Assembly: GCA_964587425.1 (NCBI GenBank)
Contig: CAZPLB010000001.1
Location: 30,545 to 94,544, forward strand
Source: an uncultured Gammaproteobacteria bacterium
GTDB lineage: Bacteria; Patescibacteriota; Microgenomatia; UBA8517
Reading direction: 5' to 3'
DNA length: 64,000 nucleotides
Below, one piece after another: positions 38,949-49,095 of this stretch. Below the pieces are notes generated by a model. It searched no databases. It worked only from the letters and a program-made list of their open reading frames with translations, and was not told the origin of the DNA. A program made the position numbers and the translations under genes. Position 1 is the first letter of the stretch; each line of letters opens with the position of its first letter.

Positions 38949-40733
38949 TCACCTTAATAGACGAAGGGAGTTTGCGATTGGGAAAAAATCTGTAACAAAG
39001 TTAAAGACTGCAGCTCCCTGGGGATTTAAGACACCTGCAAAAACAAGCACCAGACCAATACAATTAACTACTCCCCAAATTATGAAATTCTGGTGAGCGA
39101 CTTTAACAGTAGTTTTCCCTAGTTTCACAAATTCACTTAGTTTTGTGAAATCGTCATTCATTAAAGCAACATTTGCAGATTCTATTGAAGCATCTGAACC
39201 TATTGCACCCATGGCTATTCCAATATCTGATGCAGCAAGCGCTGCTGCATCATTTACTCCATCCCCTATCATTGCCAGCTTATTTTTCTTTTCAATATGA
39301 GTCTTTACAAAGGAAAGTTTGTCTTGGGGCATTAAATTTGCTTTGTAGTCGTTGATACCAACTTCCTGGGCTACACTTTTAGCGACAAACTCATTGTCGC
39401 CGGTTAACATATAGAGTTTTTCTACTCCAAGACCTTTTAACTCTCTAATTGTTTCTTTCACATTAGATCTTAATTCATCTTTAAATTTAATTATCCCCAA
39501 TATTTTTTCTTGGGCTACAATGACAACATTGATTCCATTTCCTAAATTGTCTTTGATAATCTGAGAGGATTTAGTGTCAAATTTTATACCCATTTCTTTT
39601 AAATATGATTCTTGACCAACAAATGTTTTCTTGCCATCTATATTTGCTTCTATCCCTTTACCAGGATATTCTCTGGACTTTGTCGGAATTTTAGCCTTTA
39701 TATTTTTTGATTTCATAAATTTAACAATCGCTTTGGCAATGGGGTGTTCAGATACTGACTCAACACTGCCAATAATTTGAAGAATATTGGTGTCATCCTT
39801 CGTGAAATTTTCTGTCCCTATTACTTTTAGTTTCCCTTTAGTTAAAGTTCCTGTTTTATCAAAAATGACCGTTTTTAAATTATTGGAGGCTTCTAAAAAC
39901 TCTCCTCCTTTTACTATTATTCCAGATCTCGCTGCTTTGCCAATTGATGCCCAAAAAGCCATAGGGACTGCTATGGCTATGTCGTCGGCACAAACGACAA
40001 GAAGAACTGCAAGAATTAATTGTAAATCTTTGGTAAAGAAATAAATAATTGCTGAGGCAACAAATGCGATTATTATATAAATAGTAGCAAAACGCTCCCC
40101 AAGTGTTTCTATTTTTACTTTTCCTTTTTGGGCAACAGTTACTAAATTTATTATTTTTTCTAATGTTGTATCCTTACCAATCTTCTCTGCCTTGACCATC
40201 AGAGTACCTGCAACATTTAACGTTGAAGAGTAAACCATATCTCCCTTACTTTTGGAAATTGGTATAGATTCGCCTGTTAGTGACGATTGATCAACACTTC
40301 CCTCCCCTTCTATAATTTTTCCGTCAACAGGAATCCTGTCACCTGACTCAACAACAATTAAATCACCAATTTTAACTTCTTTTAAAGAGATTTCTTTAAA
40401 ACTATCATCAACTCTTATCTTTACAATATTAGGCCTAAGTTTGAGGAGTTTTTTTATAGCATTGCCTGCAACATTTTGGGTATAGTCTCCAAAAATTCTA
40501 GCTGAGGTTATCATTAAATTAATAAATGCTACAGATGACCATTCTCTATTTAACAAGGAGGCAAGCAAGGCAACACTTGCCAAAAGATCGACAGAAATTT
40601 TCCTATTTAATAGTGCTTTAACCGCACTGACTGCAACAAAAATTGTTGATATTAGTCCAACTGCAATTATGAACTGGCCTTTGATAAGGAGGCTTAAGAT
40701 TAATGCGATAAGGAGAACAATATTTAACAACAA
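38949..40733 (-). CDS. heavy-metal-translocating P1B-type ATPase
   Basis: TGES, DKTGTLT, SEHP, MLTGD, GDGVNDA; TM motif CAD in place of CPC; TTG 40733 chosen to avoid msrA overlap. Confidence 0.9.
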   Translation of the reverse strand: MLLNIVLLIALILSLLIKGQFIIAVGLISTIFVAVSAVKALLNRKISVDLLASVALLASLLNREWSSVAFINLMITSARIFGDYTQNVAGNAIKKLLKLRPNIVKIRVDDSFKEISLKEVKIGDLIVVESGDRIPVDGKIIEGEGSVDQSSLTGESIPISKSKGDMVYSSTLNVAGTLMVKAEKIGKDTTLEKIINLVTVAQKGKVKIETLGERFATIYIIIAFVASAIIYFFTKDLQLILAVLLVVCADDIAIAVPMAFWASIGKAARSGIIVKGGEFLEASNNLKTVIFDKTGTLTKGKLKVIGTENFTKDDTNILQIIGSVESVSEHPIAKAIVKFMKSKNIKAKIPTKSREYPGKGIEANIDGKKTFVGQESYLKEMGIKFDTKSSQIIKDNLGNGINVVIVAQEKILGIIKFKDELRSNVKETIRELKGLGVEKLYMLTGDNEFVAKSVAQEVGINDYKANLMPQDKLSFVKTHIEKKNKLAMIGDGVNDAAALAASDIGIAMGAIGSDASIESANVALMNDDFTKLSEFVKLGKTTVKVAHQNFIIWGVVNCIGLVLVFAGVLNPQGAAVFNFVTDFFPIANSLRLLR

Positions 40734-40758
40734 CTTGAATAAAGTATATAATTTATTC

Positions 40759-41274
40759 GTGGAAACAGAAACTGCAGTACTTGCCGGAGGGTGTTTCTGG
40801 TGCACAGAGGCAATATTTAAGAGACTAAAAGGTGTGGTTAGTGTGATGCCAGGATATTCTGGAGGAACAATTGAAAACCCTAGCTATGAAGAAGTATCTT
40901 CGGGCAGCACAGGACACGCAGAATCGGTTCAAATTCAATTTGATCCAAAAGTTATTTCATATGAAAAATTACTTGAAGTTTTTTTCAAACTTCATGATCC
41001 TACAACATTAAACCAACAAGGAGCTGATGTTGGAACACAATATCGTTCTGTCGTCTTTTACTATGATGATACTCAAAAGAAGTTGGCTGAGAAAGCGAAG
41101 GCAAGAATAAAAAATGCTGTTACTGAGATAGTTCCCTACTCTAACTTTTACCCTGCTGAGGAATCACACAGGGAATATTATGAGAAAAATAAAAGTGCTG
41201 GGTACTGCAGACTTGTGATCGATCCAAAAATTCAGAAATTATATAAAGAGTTTAAGAACGAAGTTGGGTCTTGA
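40759..41274 (+). CDS. msrA: peptide-methionine (S)-S-oxide reductase
   Basis: AGGCFWC, GHAE, HDPT, QYRS, AEESHREY; GTG start 6 nt after TATAAT. Confidence 0.95.
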   Translation: METETAVLAGGCFWCTEAIFKRLKGVVSVMPGYSGGTIENPSYEEVSSGSTGHAESVQIQFDPKVISYEKLLEVFFKLHDPTTLNQQGADVGTQYRSVVFYYDDTQKKLAEKAKARIKNAVTEIVPYSNFYPAEESHREYYEKNKSAGYCRLVIDPKIQKLYKEFKNEVGS

Positions 41275-41300
41275 CATACATCTGATGTATGGTGTATATT
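41271..41300 (+). promoter_or_regulatory. promoter with perfect palindromic operator of vapBC-like pair
   Basis: TTGACA 41271-76; CATACATC-T-GATGTATG 41275-91; TATATT 41295-300. Confidence 0.7.
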
Positions 41301-41306
41301 GTAAAT

Positions 41307-41573
41307 ATGTTAAGGGTAAATATTTACATACTAGAGGAAGTAGATAATAAAATAGCCTTCCTTGCCAAATCTATGGGAATTAAGAAGGCGGAAGTTGTTC
41401 GTTCTGCACTAGACCTTGGTTTGAAAAGCCTTAGACCCAAATCCGTTAGTGCTCAAGGTCTCTTGGATTTTGTGAAATTGACAGAAAAGATTCCCACCAA
41501 AAATAAACTGCCGAAGGATTTTATCAAGAATTTGGATTATTATACGTGGGGAGGGAGCAGGCGTGATCAATAA
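41307..41573 (+). CDS. ribbon-helix-helix antitoxin (VapB-like)
   Basis: MLRVNIYI..KAEVVRSAL; NLDYYTWG tail; coupled to PIN gene. Confidence 0.75.
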   Translation: MLRVNIYILEEVDNKIAFLAKSMGIKKAEVVRSALDLGLKSLRPKSVSAQGLLDFVKLTEKIPTKNKLPKDFIKNLDYYTWGGSRRDQ

Positions 41574-41982
41574 TATTGCGATTGTGGATTCAGATGCATT
41601 GATAGCCTTGGCTCTAGAAAAAGATCCAAATCATGAAAAAGCAAAGGCGACTGCAATTAGGCTTTTAGCGAAGAATTTTGAGATCATCTTTCCAGATACA
41701 GTGTTTCCTGAGGCAATAACATCTCTCGTGAGAGCTGCAAATGAACCACAAAAAGCACATATTATAAATAAACAGCTTCAGGCTGGGGTGTTTCAAGTAG
41801 AATATGTAGATAAAGAAATACTTTCGAGCGCAAGTAGATTGTTTGAGAAAACTGAGTCAAAACAGAACACCTTCTTTGATTCAATCGTAGTGGCTACAGC
41901 AGAAAAACTGGGTACCAAAACAATTTTTTCTTTTGACAATTGGTACCCCAAATTAGGTTTTACCCTTGCTTCAAATATTTAA
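41563..41982 (+). CDS. PIN-domain (VapC) toxin
   Basis: VDSDALIAL, D.NH, E, TFFD, IFSFD. Confidence 0.88.
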   Translation: MINNIAIVDSDALIALALEKDPNHEKAKATAIRLLAKNFEIIFPDTVFPEAITSLVRAANEPQKAHIINKQLQAGVFQVEYVDKEILSSASRLFEKTESKQNTFFDSIVVATAEKLGTKTIFSFDNWYPKLGFTLASNI

Positions 41983-41983
41983 A

Positions 41984-42601
41984 TTATTGTTTTTTAAGTG
42001 AAGATATCATTCCATCAAGGACTACAAGAAGTGTTTGGTCTGGGTTTGCAGGGGTGTTGTATGTGATATAACCAAACTGGGTTGGTAGACCAAAGCCAGA
42101 TGGTTTTTTCTCACAAATTGTGTAAACAGATGTTCCGGCAGGAGAACCACCAGTTGAAGTTGCCCTTCTATATTCTCCTTCGGCTGAAGTAATTGTTGTA
42201 AATGCATTAAATGGTGCTCCAAAATCTTGAGGAGGGTCTCCTGGATATAAACAGGCTGCTCCACCACCCGCACCTTGGGAAATGACTAACTGATAGGTTG
42301 CATTTGTTATTGTTAACTTTGGTGCTCCGGCAATCTGAGAACTATCTGCAGTCCAACCATTTGGAACTGTGATTTTAAATGATACAAACGATCCTCCGGG
42401 GCTTGTGACAGAAACTATATTTGGGGCTACGGTTGGTACTGGAGACTCTTTACTCTCAGGTGCTGGTGATTGGTTTGAACTGAAAACTCCCCCTTTTTGA
42501 TTTTTTATTTTCAAACCAACATATATTCCCCCACCTACCAAAAACCCAACTACCACTAATATAATTGTTAATTTGCCAAGAAGAGAGAAAAAAGCGTTCA
42601 T
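41984..42601 (-). CDS. membrane-anchored hypothetical protein
   Basis: N-terminal TM, Pro-rich linker, VPNGW. Confidence 0.65.
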   Translation of the reverse strand: MNAFFSLLGKLTIILVVVGFLVGGGIYVGLKIKNQKGGVFSSNQSPAPESKESPVPTVAPNIVSVTSPGGSFVSFKITVPNGWTADSSQIAGAPKLTITNATYQLVISQGAGGGAACLYPGDPPQDFGAPFNAFTTITSAEGEYRRATSTGGSPAGTSVYTICEKKPSGFGLPTQFGYITYNTPANPDQTLLVVLDGMISSLKKQ

Positions 42602-42645
42602 TAAAAAAGATTATAACACATGGAGTTTTTATGTATAATTAACAG

Positions 42646-43467
42646 GTGAAAGTACTTCCAGTTTTTATAATTGTTTTGATTATTTTTATATTTGTTAATT
42701 TGTCATACAAAAATGCAAGAGAAAAATTAGTTTTTACTCCAATTATTCCCATAGCTACTCCATTTAATCCGTTTCCATATAAACCTCCTACAATTCCAAA
42801 TAAACGATCATACCTTACCATGATAGTTGGAGACTCTATGGTATATGCCCTTGGAGCCAATGCAAACCAACTGCGTTTAGATCTGATTAAATTATATCCA
42901 ACTCATGAATTTGTTAACTATAATTATGGTCAACCCTCCACAAATATCCTTACTCTTCCAGATAGACTTAATACTGAAACCACTTCACTTGGAACAAAAT
43001 ACCCACCCATATTAAAAGGGGGTTTTGATTTAATTATTATTGAATCATTTGCATATAATCCCCTTTCAGAATTCCCAGTTGATGAGGGAGTCAAAAAATA
43101 TACAGAGGTCCTTGATGCAAGTGTAAAAGAGATAATTCAAAAACATCCTGAGTCAGTAGTTGCTCTAATGACTCCAATTGCTCCAAACAAAGAAAACTTT
43201 GCAAAAAACACTTACAAATTAAGTCAAGAGACTAGAACAATGTGGGTGAATGAAAGAATTGCATACATAAATGCTTTGATTAATTATGCAAAAGAAAAAA
43301 ATATTCCTTTAATTAACGTGTATGAAAAATCACAGACACCAGACGGAAATGGTGATCTTAAATATATAAATAGAGATGATTATATTCATCCTTCCAAGTT
43401 TGGGGTTCAATTAATGGCGGATACTATTGCTAATTTTATTTTTGATAACAAAATTTTTCCTAATTAG
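42646..43467 (+). CDS. SGNH/GDSL hydrolase
   Basis: VGDSM, N, DYIHPS. Confidence 0.85.
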   Translation: MKVLPVFIIVLIIFIFVNLSYKNAREKLVFTPIIPIATPFNPFPYKPPTIPNKRSYLTMIVGDSMVYALGANANQLRLDLIKLYPTHEFVNYNYGQPSTNILTLPDRLNTETTSLGTKYPPILKGGFDLIIIESFAYNPLSEFPVDEGVKKYTEVLDASVKEIIQKHPESVVALMTPIAPNKENFAKNTYKLSQETRTMWVNERIAYINALINYAKEKNIPLINVYEKSQTPDGNGDLKYINRDDYIHPSKFGVQLMADTIANFIFDNKIFPN

Positions 43468-43765
43468 ATCTCCATTGTGAGAGTAAGAGATCTACTTTCT
43501 CTCCTTTAAAGACAACACCTTCTTTGGTTAACATTTCTTTTTTTTGTTTCACTCCACCATTGCCTGAATAACCTGTTAATTTGCCATCACTTGCTACTAC
43601 TCTGTGGCACGGAGTGTTTGGAGCATCTGGATTTCGTTTCATGAAACCACCAACAGCTCTTGCAGCTTTCGGATGTTCTGCTAATTTTGCAATTTGGCCA
43701 TAGGTTGCCACTTTGCCCTTTGGAATTTGTCTTGTTATTTTGTACACTTCTTCTTGAAAAGTCAT
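43460..43765 (-). CDS. MGMT/Ogt-family DNA alkyltransferase (C-terminal domain only)
   Basis: IPKGKVATYGQIA, ARAVG, PCHRVV. Confidence 0.9.
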   Translation of the reverse strand: MTFQEEVYKITRQIPKGKVATYGQIAKLAEHPKAARAVGGFMKRNPDAPNTPCHRVVASDGKLTGYSGNGGVKQKKEMLTKEGVVFKGEKVDLLLSQWRSN

Positions 43766-43767
43766 CA

Positions 43768-45269
43768 ATGCAGTATATCAAAAAGAAGCTACAGGAAAAT
43801 AAGATTTTAGCTATCGTAATCCTCGTTGCATTACTTGCTCGAATACTCACAACTGACAAACTAATGATATTTAGCCCCGATGAAGAGTATTTGGCATATC
43901 TTGCTCAAAGCATCATCAAAGATTTTCATATTATATGGATTGGGATCAGTGCTGGAAGCTTTGATATTTACTATGGTCCTCATTGGATATATATAATTAC
44001 TCCACTACTTTTAGTTTCCCATGGAAATCCAGTAATCCTTGGCTATTTTGGAAGTTTATTGGGGGTTATAACTGCAGTTCTACTTTATTTTCTCGGAAAA
44101 GAGATGTTTGGCAAAAGAGTTGGACTAATTGCAAGTATTTTTTATTCAACATCCGCCCTCATTGTTTACTACGATCAGAAGGGTACCCAAGCGGAATTCC
44201 CCTTTTGGCCACTTTGATGGCTCTTTCTCTGTATAAATTTAAACAGAATAAATATTGGCTTTTTGTTTTTGCAATTTCGTTTGGAATATCTTTTAGTGTC
44301 CATCTGTCACTTCTACCCATACTTCTTGTTGCAGTTTATGTGTTAATCAAAAATAGACAGGTTTTAGATAGAAAGACTATTTTTATAGCTTCTCTACTTT
44401 TTCTCTTAACTGTCTCTCCACTTATTGCCTTTGATTATTTTCATAAAGGCAGCAATATCACTTCCCCTATTAGAATTTTAAAGGCAATGCAGACTGGCAT
44501 TTATAAACCAAATATTCCCTACCATGGCCGAACCTTTTTTGATTCGCTTGGAAGAGTCATTTATTTGGGGGTGAACAAAAACAGCAGTGATGAAATATTA
44601 TATCCTTGTTCATTAGTTTCATCCTCTACTCGAACCGTTCCTCCCATAATTATTTCTCTTATTGTTTTTATTCTTCTTTTTTACTTTTTAACAAGAAGAC
44701 AAACTTGGAAGAATGAAAATACCAGAATGGTTGCACTCTTAATGCTTACTTTCATCGTTCCCTTTATAACTTCATCTTTTATTAACCCGGTTGAATATTA
44801 TTTACTGGGATTTTTTCCATTTTTATTCTTGGTGTTTGGATACTTAACGGAGGAGGTTGGTAAAAACAGGAAAAAGTTTATTTATTTTTCTATCGCAATT
44901 ATATCTATAGTTAACTTAATCACAATTTTAACAGCTAAGGGTGACTATGGTTTTGCAGTAAAAAGAAATTTAGTAAAAAAAGTTATGGATGTTGTAAAAG
45001 ATTCTCCCTATTCCTTAACTGAAATTGGAGAGTGTCACAAATATGAAGCCTGGAGATATCTATTCTCTGTCATGGGTCAAAGCCAGGTGACATCATCTGA
45101 GGACAATGCCTATGGATGGCTCTACACTGATGAATTATCTAAAAAGACACCGGTCTATGATGTAGTTATTGGTGAGACTAGAATTAAAAATGATGAGCAC
45201 GGTTTTAAATATAGTTTTGAAGAGGGTGGTTTTACTGGCTATATTTATGAACGACAAAACTCAAAATAA
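43768..45269 (+). pseudogene. ArnT/PMT-like glycosyltransferase split by one frameshift
   Basis: First frame (DEE, YGPHWIY ... YYDQKG) continues as YPSGIPLL in the -1 frame at 44181-44184. Confidence 0.75.
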
Positions 45270-46005
45270 ATATTAACGTACTTGCTATTACAACTATTGG
45301 GCCTGATGGTAAACTGAAAAGGGTAGCGCATACAATTCCAACAAGCGCAGATAATATTCCAAAACAAATAGAAAGGATGTGAAAGCTCATTATATTCTTG
45401 GCAATATTTTTTGCTGCTACAGCTGGAATTATAACTAAGGCTCCTGTTAAAAGTGTTCCAACAAATCTCACCCCCAGGGCAACGACTATACCAATCATCA
45501 AAAGATATACCAGGTTCACTAGTTTTGTTTTTACATTAACTGACTTTGCTAAGTCTTCTGAAATTATGCCGATCATTAATTTTTTTGAGATGAAAAAGGT
45601 AAGAAGAATAACCATGACTGAAAGAATCACAGCACCTATGCCTTCTAGTGTTGTAATTTTTTGAAGATTACCAAAAAGTGCTTCGAAGAGTTCTGGTTCT
45701 GGGGTAACCAGAAGTCCAATTGCAAGACTAACAGTGAAAAATACACCAACGAGGGCTTCTGGGTAAACTTCCGATTTTTCACTAATGTACCAAATGGCAA
45801 CGATTGCAATAGCGAGAGCGACGAAGGCTCCAATCATTGGACTTATACCAATCAAAAGAGCGATTGCCATACCAGGAAGGGCAACGTGGCTTAATGCATC
45901 GCCTACTAATGACATTCTCTTTAAAACCATGAAGGAACCAAGATATGCAGAGGCTGCTGCTACAGTGATTCCAACTAAACTTAAAAATAGTAAATTATTT
46001 GTCAT
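45232..46005 (-). CDS. Zn/Mn ABC transporter permease (ZnuB-like)
   Basis: GDALSHVALPG, LFG, GP.VV. Confidence 0.9.
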   Translation of the reverse strand: MTNNLLFLSLVGITVAAASAYLGSFMVLKRMSLVGDALSHVALPGMAIALLIGISPMIGAFVALAIAIVAIWYISEKSEVYPEALVGVFFTVSLAIGLLVTPEPELFEALFGNLQKITTLEGIGAVILSVMVILLTFFISKKLMIGIISEDLAKSVNVKTKLVNLVYLLMIGIVVALGVRFVGTLLTGALVIIPAVAAKNIAKNIMSFHILSICFGILSALVGIVCATLFSLPSGPIVVIASTLIFILSFVVHKYSQ

Positions 46006-46006
46006 A

Positions 46007-46720
46007 CTAATGATGGTGGTAGATACTTACTTCTTCGCCGTACAGTTTTGTTAGACTTTCTCTTCCAATTACTTTGTTTGGATTACCAAAACATATTTTT
46101 TGTTTATTTAAACAAAGGACATTGTTTGCATATTGGTAAACAATTTCAAGCTCATGGGAGATAAAAATAACTGTCATACTTCTTTCTTTTCGAAGTCTCT
46201 GGATTAGGGAATAAATTGTTTCTTCGCCGCTCACGTCTACGCCCGAGGTTGGCTCATCAAACAATAGTATGTCTGGATCTCCCAAAAGTGCGAAAGCAAT
46301 TAGCACTCTTTGGAATTCACCACCTGAAAGGACACCCAATTTTGAATTTAGTATTCTTTTGCCATGGTGGGCTTCTTCACTTCCTTTATTCCCAAGTCCA
46401 ACAAAGTCCAGATACTCTTTTATTTTTGAAACACTCTTCTCTTTGAATTTTAAGAAGTCAGATACAGTGAATGGAGTGTCATTTTCTATACTTAATTTTT
46501 GTGGGACATAGCCAACTTTAATTCCTTTCTGCCAAGTTACTTCTCCACTATATGGAATTAGCCCCAAGAGGCATTTGAAGAGAACAGATTTACCAGCACC
46601 ATTTGGACCAATTATTCCAAGATAGTCATCCTTTGTTACATCAAAGGTGATATTTTTCAATGCAGTGTGATTACCAAATTTTACTGTTATATTTTTGACT
46701 GAAAGAATTGTGTTATCCAT
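46007..46720 (-). CDS. Zn/Mn ABC transporter ATP-binding protein (ZnuC-like)
   Basis: GPNGAGKS, YVPQ, LSGGE.QR, DEPT, SH, C-terminal HHH. Confidence 0.92.
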   Translation of the reverse strand: MDNTILSVKNITVKFGNHTALKNITFDVTKDDYLGIIGPNGAGKSVLFKCLLGLIPYSGEVTWQKGIKVGYVPQKLSIENDTPFTVSDFLKFKEKSVSKIKEYLDFVGLGNKGSEEAHHGKRILNSKLGVLSGGEFQRVLIAFALLGDPDILLFDEPTSGVDVSGEETIYSLIQRLRKERSMTVIFISHELEIVYQYANNVLCLNKQKICFGNPNKVIGRESLTKLYGEEVSIYHHH

Positions 46721-46724
46721 TTTT

Positions 46725-47177
46725 TTATTTTACAGGTTTATAGTCATGAGTTGACAAAATACTTTTTCCTGATTTTAGATAGATACTCTTAGATCTATCA
46801 GCTAGCATATCACGCACTTCTTGTAGAGAGTGTCTTGAGGGAAAAACCAATAAGCCATCGATTGGATGCCTGTGTCCTTCATGAACAAATTTACCAATAT
46901 GATATAAATCAAAACAACTTTTTTTGACAGTTGTAAAACTCCAGTCTTTTGGAATCGCAAAAGCTTCATCAAGAATGACAACAAGATCAATATCAGAGCC
47001 TTCTCGCCCATCATATTCATGCTCATAAAGGCCAAATTTTCCTTCTGCTAATGATGCCCAAACAAGAGCTTCTTGAACAACTGGCTTATCCGTAACTATC
47101 TGTGTCAAGAACTCTTTAGCATTTTTCCAAATCGCTTCTTGATTTTCGTATAGTATTTTTCTTGGTTTATCACTCAT
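46725..47177 (-). CDS. hypothetical protein, possible minimal nucleotidyltransferase
   Basis: WASLAEG...GSDIDLVVI resembles the GS..DxD motif of pol-beta-like NTases. Confidence 0.55.
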   Translation of the reverse strand: MSDKPRKILYENQEAIWKNAKEFLTQIVTDKPVVQEALVWASLAEGKFGLYEHEYDGREGSDIDLVVILDEAFAIPKDWSFTTVKKSCFDLYHIGKFVHEGHRHPIDGLLVFPSRHSLQEVRDMLADRSKSIYLKSGKSILSTHDYKPVK

Positions 47178-47196
47178 GAATGAATTATATCAAGAA

Positions 47197-47490
47197 TTAT
47201 TTTGGCGAGATTGAGGAGTTTAATTCTTTATTCACTCTCTCTGCCAAAAATATTTTCATTAAAGACTGATAAGGGACATCGCGGGAATTGGCGATTTCCT
47301 TAATTCTCATCAATAGAAATGCTGGTAAGCGAAGAGATATTGATTCTGTGGTTGGTTTGAGTTTGGATAAATCTAGTTTTATTGGTTTTTCGAAATCAAA
47401 ATATTCACTACTATCTGCTTTTGCCCAAAAATCCCTTTCTTCATCCTCATTTTTAAATTTTGGTATTGATTTCAATTTTCTTTTAGACAT
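47197..47490 (-). CDS. BrnA/CopG-type antitoxin
   Basis: IPKFKNEDEERDFW, ISLRLP, VPYQSLMK. Confidence 0.85.
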   Translation of the reverse strand: MSKRKLKSIPKFKNEDEERDFWAKADSSEYFDFEKPIKLDLSKLKPTTESISLRLPAFLLMRIKEIANSRDVPYQSLMKIFLAERVNKELNSSISPK

Positions 47491-47765
47491 GTCTTCCTTT
47501 CTTTTTTATTTTGTTTTCTTGCTGAAATTATTCTTATTTTATCTGCTCTAATAGTAAAAATGATTGATAAAAATTTAGTTTTGTCTGTAACTCCTAATGC
47601 TAAAAACCTTTTTTCTTTTAACGAATGCTTCTTGTCCGGAAAAATTTTAACTGGTTTATTAAAAAATATTTCTTCTATTTCTTTGGAATGAACCTTATGT
47701 TTATCCCAATTCTTAGTTAAATTACCCTTGTCCCAATCAAATTTTACTGGGACAGGTAACTTCAT
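47472..47765 (-). CDS. BrnT-family toxin
   Basis: FDWDKGN..KN..KH, EEIF, RIISAR. Confidence 0.88.
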   Translation of the reverse strand: MKLPVPVKFDWDKGNLTKNWDKHKVHSKEIEEIFFNKPVKIFPDKKHSLKEKRFLALGVTDKTKFLSIIFTIRADKIRIISARKQNKKERKTCLKEN

Positions 47766-47770
47766 GAATT

Positions 47771-47799
47771 AGTATATTACTATAATATACACTTGTCAA
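47771..47799 (-). promoter_or_regulatory. sigma70 promoter with palindromic operator (brnTA-3)
   Basis: TTGACA 47794-99, 17 nt, TATACT 47771-76; GTATATTA-CTA-TAATATAC at 47772-47790. Confidence 0.72.
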
Positions 47800-47802
47800 G
47801 TG

Positions 47803-48480
47803 TTATTTAGGAGTGGCAGAGGAAGTTGCGATAGGTGTTGCTAGACTTTGGTCAATTACTGCCTTCAGAGCTTCAGGGTTTGGAATCCCTACTACCATTT
47901 GGCCATTTATGAAAAAAGTGGGGGTGGAATTAACTTGCAGTGTGTTTCCATCTGTCTGGTCTTTATTTATTTTTTCTTTGAATTTTTCATTTTTGACGTC
48001 TTCTTTAAATTTATCAACATTAAGATTCAAATCTTTTGCGTAGCCTGCAAAGATTTCAAGTGGGTCGGTGCTTTCTGACCACTTGTCCTGGTTTTCATAT
48101 AATTTGTCATACATTTCCCAATATTTATTTTGTGCACCAGCTGCTTCTGCAGCTTCCGAGGCTATCTGTGCATTTTTGTGCTGAGGGAGAGGGAAATTCC
48201 TAAAAACAAAATTTACTTTGTCCCCATATGTTTTCATTATTTCTTTCATTACTGGGTGTGCCTCTTTACATGATGGGCACTGAAAGTCTCCAAACTCTAC
48301 AATTGAAAACTTTGCCTTGGGAGAAGTTTGATTACTGTCTTCTCTAATTAGTATTGCAGGGTCTCCTGTTGGTTTGGGAACAGATGGGCCAGTTGGTTTG
48401 GTTGTGAAGTAAATTAATGCACCAAATAATACTAAAAATAGTGCACCGATTCCTCCAATTACTTTAATTTCGTTTGACAT
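47803..48480 (-). CDS. DsbA/BdbD thiol-disulfide oxidoreductase
   Basis: EFGDFQCPSC, FRNFPL, STPTFFING. Confidence 0.9.
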   Translation of the reverse strand: MSNEIKVIGGIGALFLVLFGALIYFTTKPTGPSVPKPTGDPAILIREDSNQTSPKAKFSIVEFGDFQCPSCKEAHPVMKEIMKTYGDKVNFVFRNFPLPQHKNAQIASEAAEAAGAQNKYWEMYDKLYENQDKWSESTDPLEIFAGYAKDLNLNVDKFKEDVKNEKFKEKINKDQTDGNTLQVNSTPTFFINGQMVVGIPNPEALKAVIDQSLATPIATSSATPK

Positions 48481-48481
48481 A

Positions 48482-48922
48482 TTACTTCGTATTATATCTT
48501 TTGAGAGCCAGCATACAAATGATGATTAAAGAAAAGGCTAAAAATGACAGGAGTGGGATGGTAACGAAACCAAAGTAGGAGATGAACTTTGTTGTACAAG
48601 AAATTCCTGCAACACATGGGGCTGAACTTTCTGGGATTATTCCATAGTAAAGGAGATTGTGGAACAAACTGATAAACCATCCAACTATTGTTAGGGGTAA
48701 GACGTAGTTTGGAAGGTTTTTGTCTTTTTTGATTATTCCAACCGCTATTATAAAAACTAGTGGGTATATGAAAATTCTCTGGTACCAGCAAAGGGTGCAA
48801 GGTGGAAAGTGTTTCACTTCACTGAAGTAGAGGCTTCCAAGGGTTGCAACAAGTGCCTGACCCCATGCAATATAGGCAAGACTTTTTGTATTTTTCTTTA
48901 GAACTTTTTCAATTTCTTTCAT
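48482..48922 (-). CDS. DsbB/BdbC disulfide bond formation protein
   Basis: GSLYFSE, PCTLCWYQRI, second Cys pair. Confidence 0.9.
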   Translation of the reverse strand: MKEIEKVLKKNTKSLAYIAWGQALVATLGSLYFSEVKHFPPCTLCWYQRIFIYPLVFIIAVGIIKKDKNLPNYVLPLTIVGWFISLFHNLLYYGIIPESSAPCVAGISCTTKFISYFGFVTIPLLSFLAFSLIIICMLALKRYNTK

Positions 48923-49095
48923 CTGGCTTAACGATTATAAGTCATTTCATGTATGTTATCCAACTTGCCTATCCCTCTTCTATTCGGGTCAAACCCATTT
49001 AGGAGTAGGAATTTCTAAGTGTACAAGCTTGGATTAAAGCCATTGAAAAACATATCTTGAGACTGAATCAGATTAAGTAACTCTAATTTTGAATA

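Noticed and set aside
40669-40805. Apparent 137-bp head-to-head overlap of ATPase and msrA
   Set aside because: Disappears with the TTG 40733 and GTG 40759 starts, which flank paired -10 boxes.
48923-49095. 173-bp gap between dsbB and the helicase
   Set aside because: No convincing ORF, hairpin or repeat found by eye.
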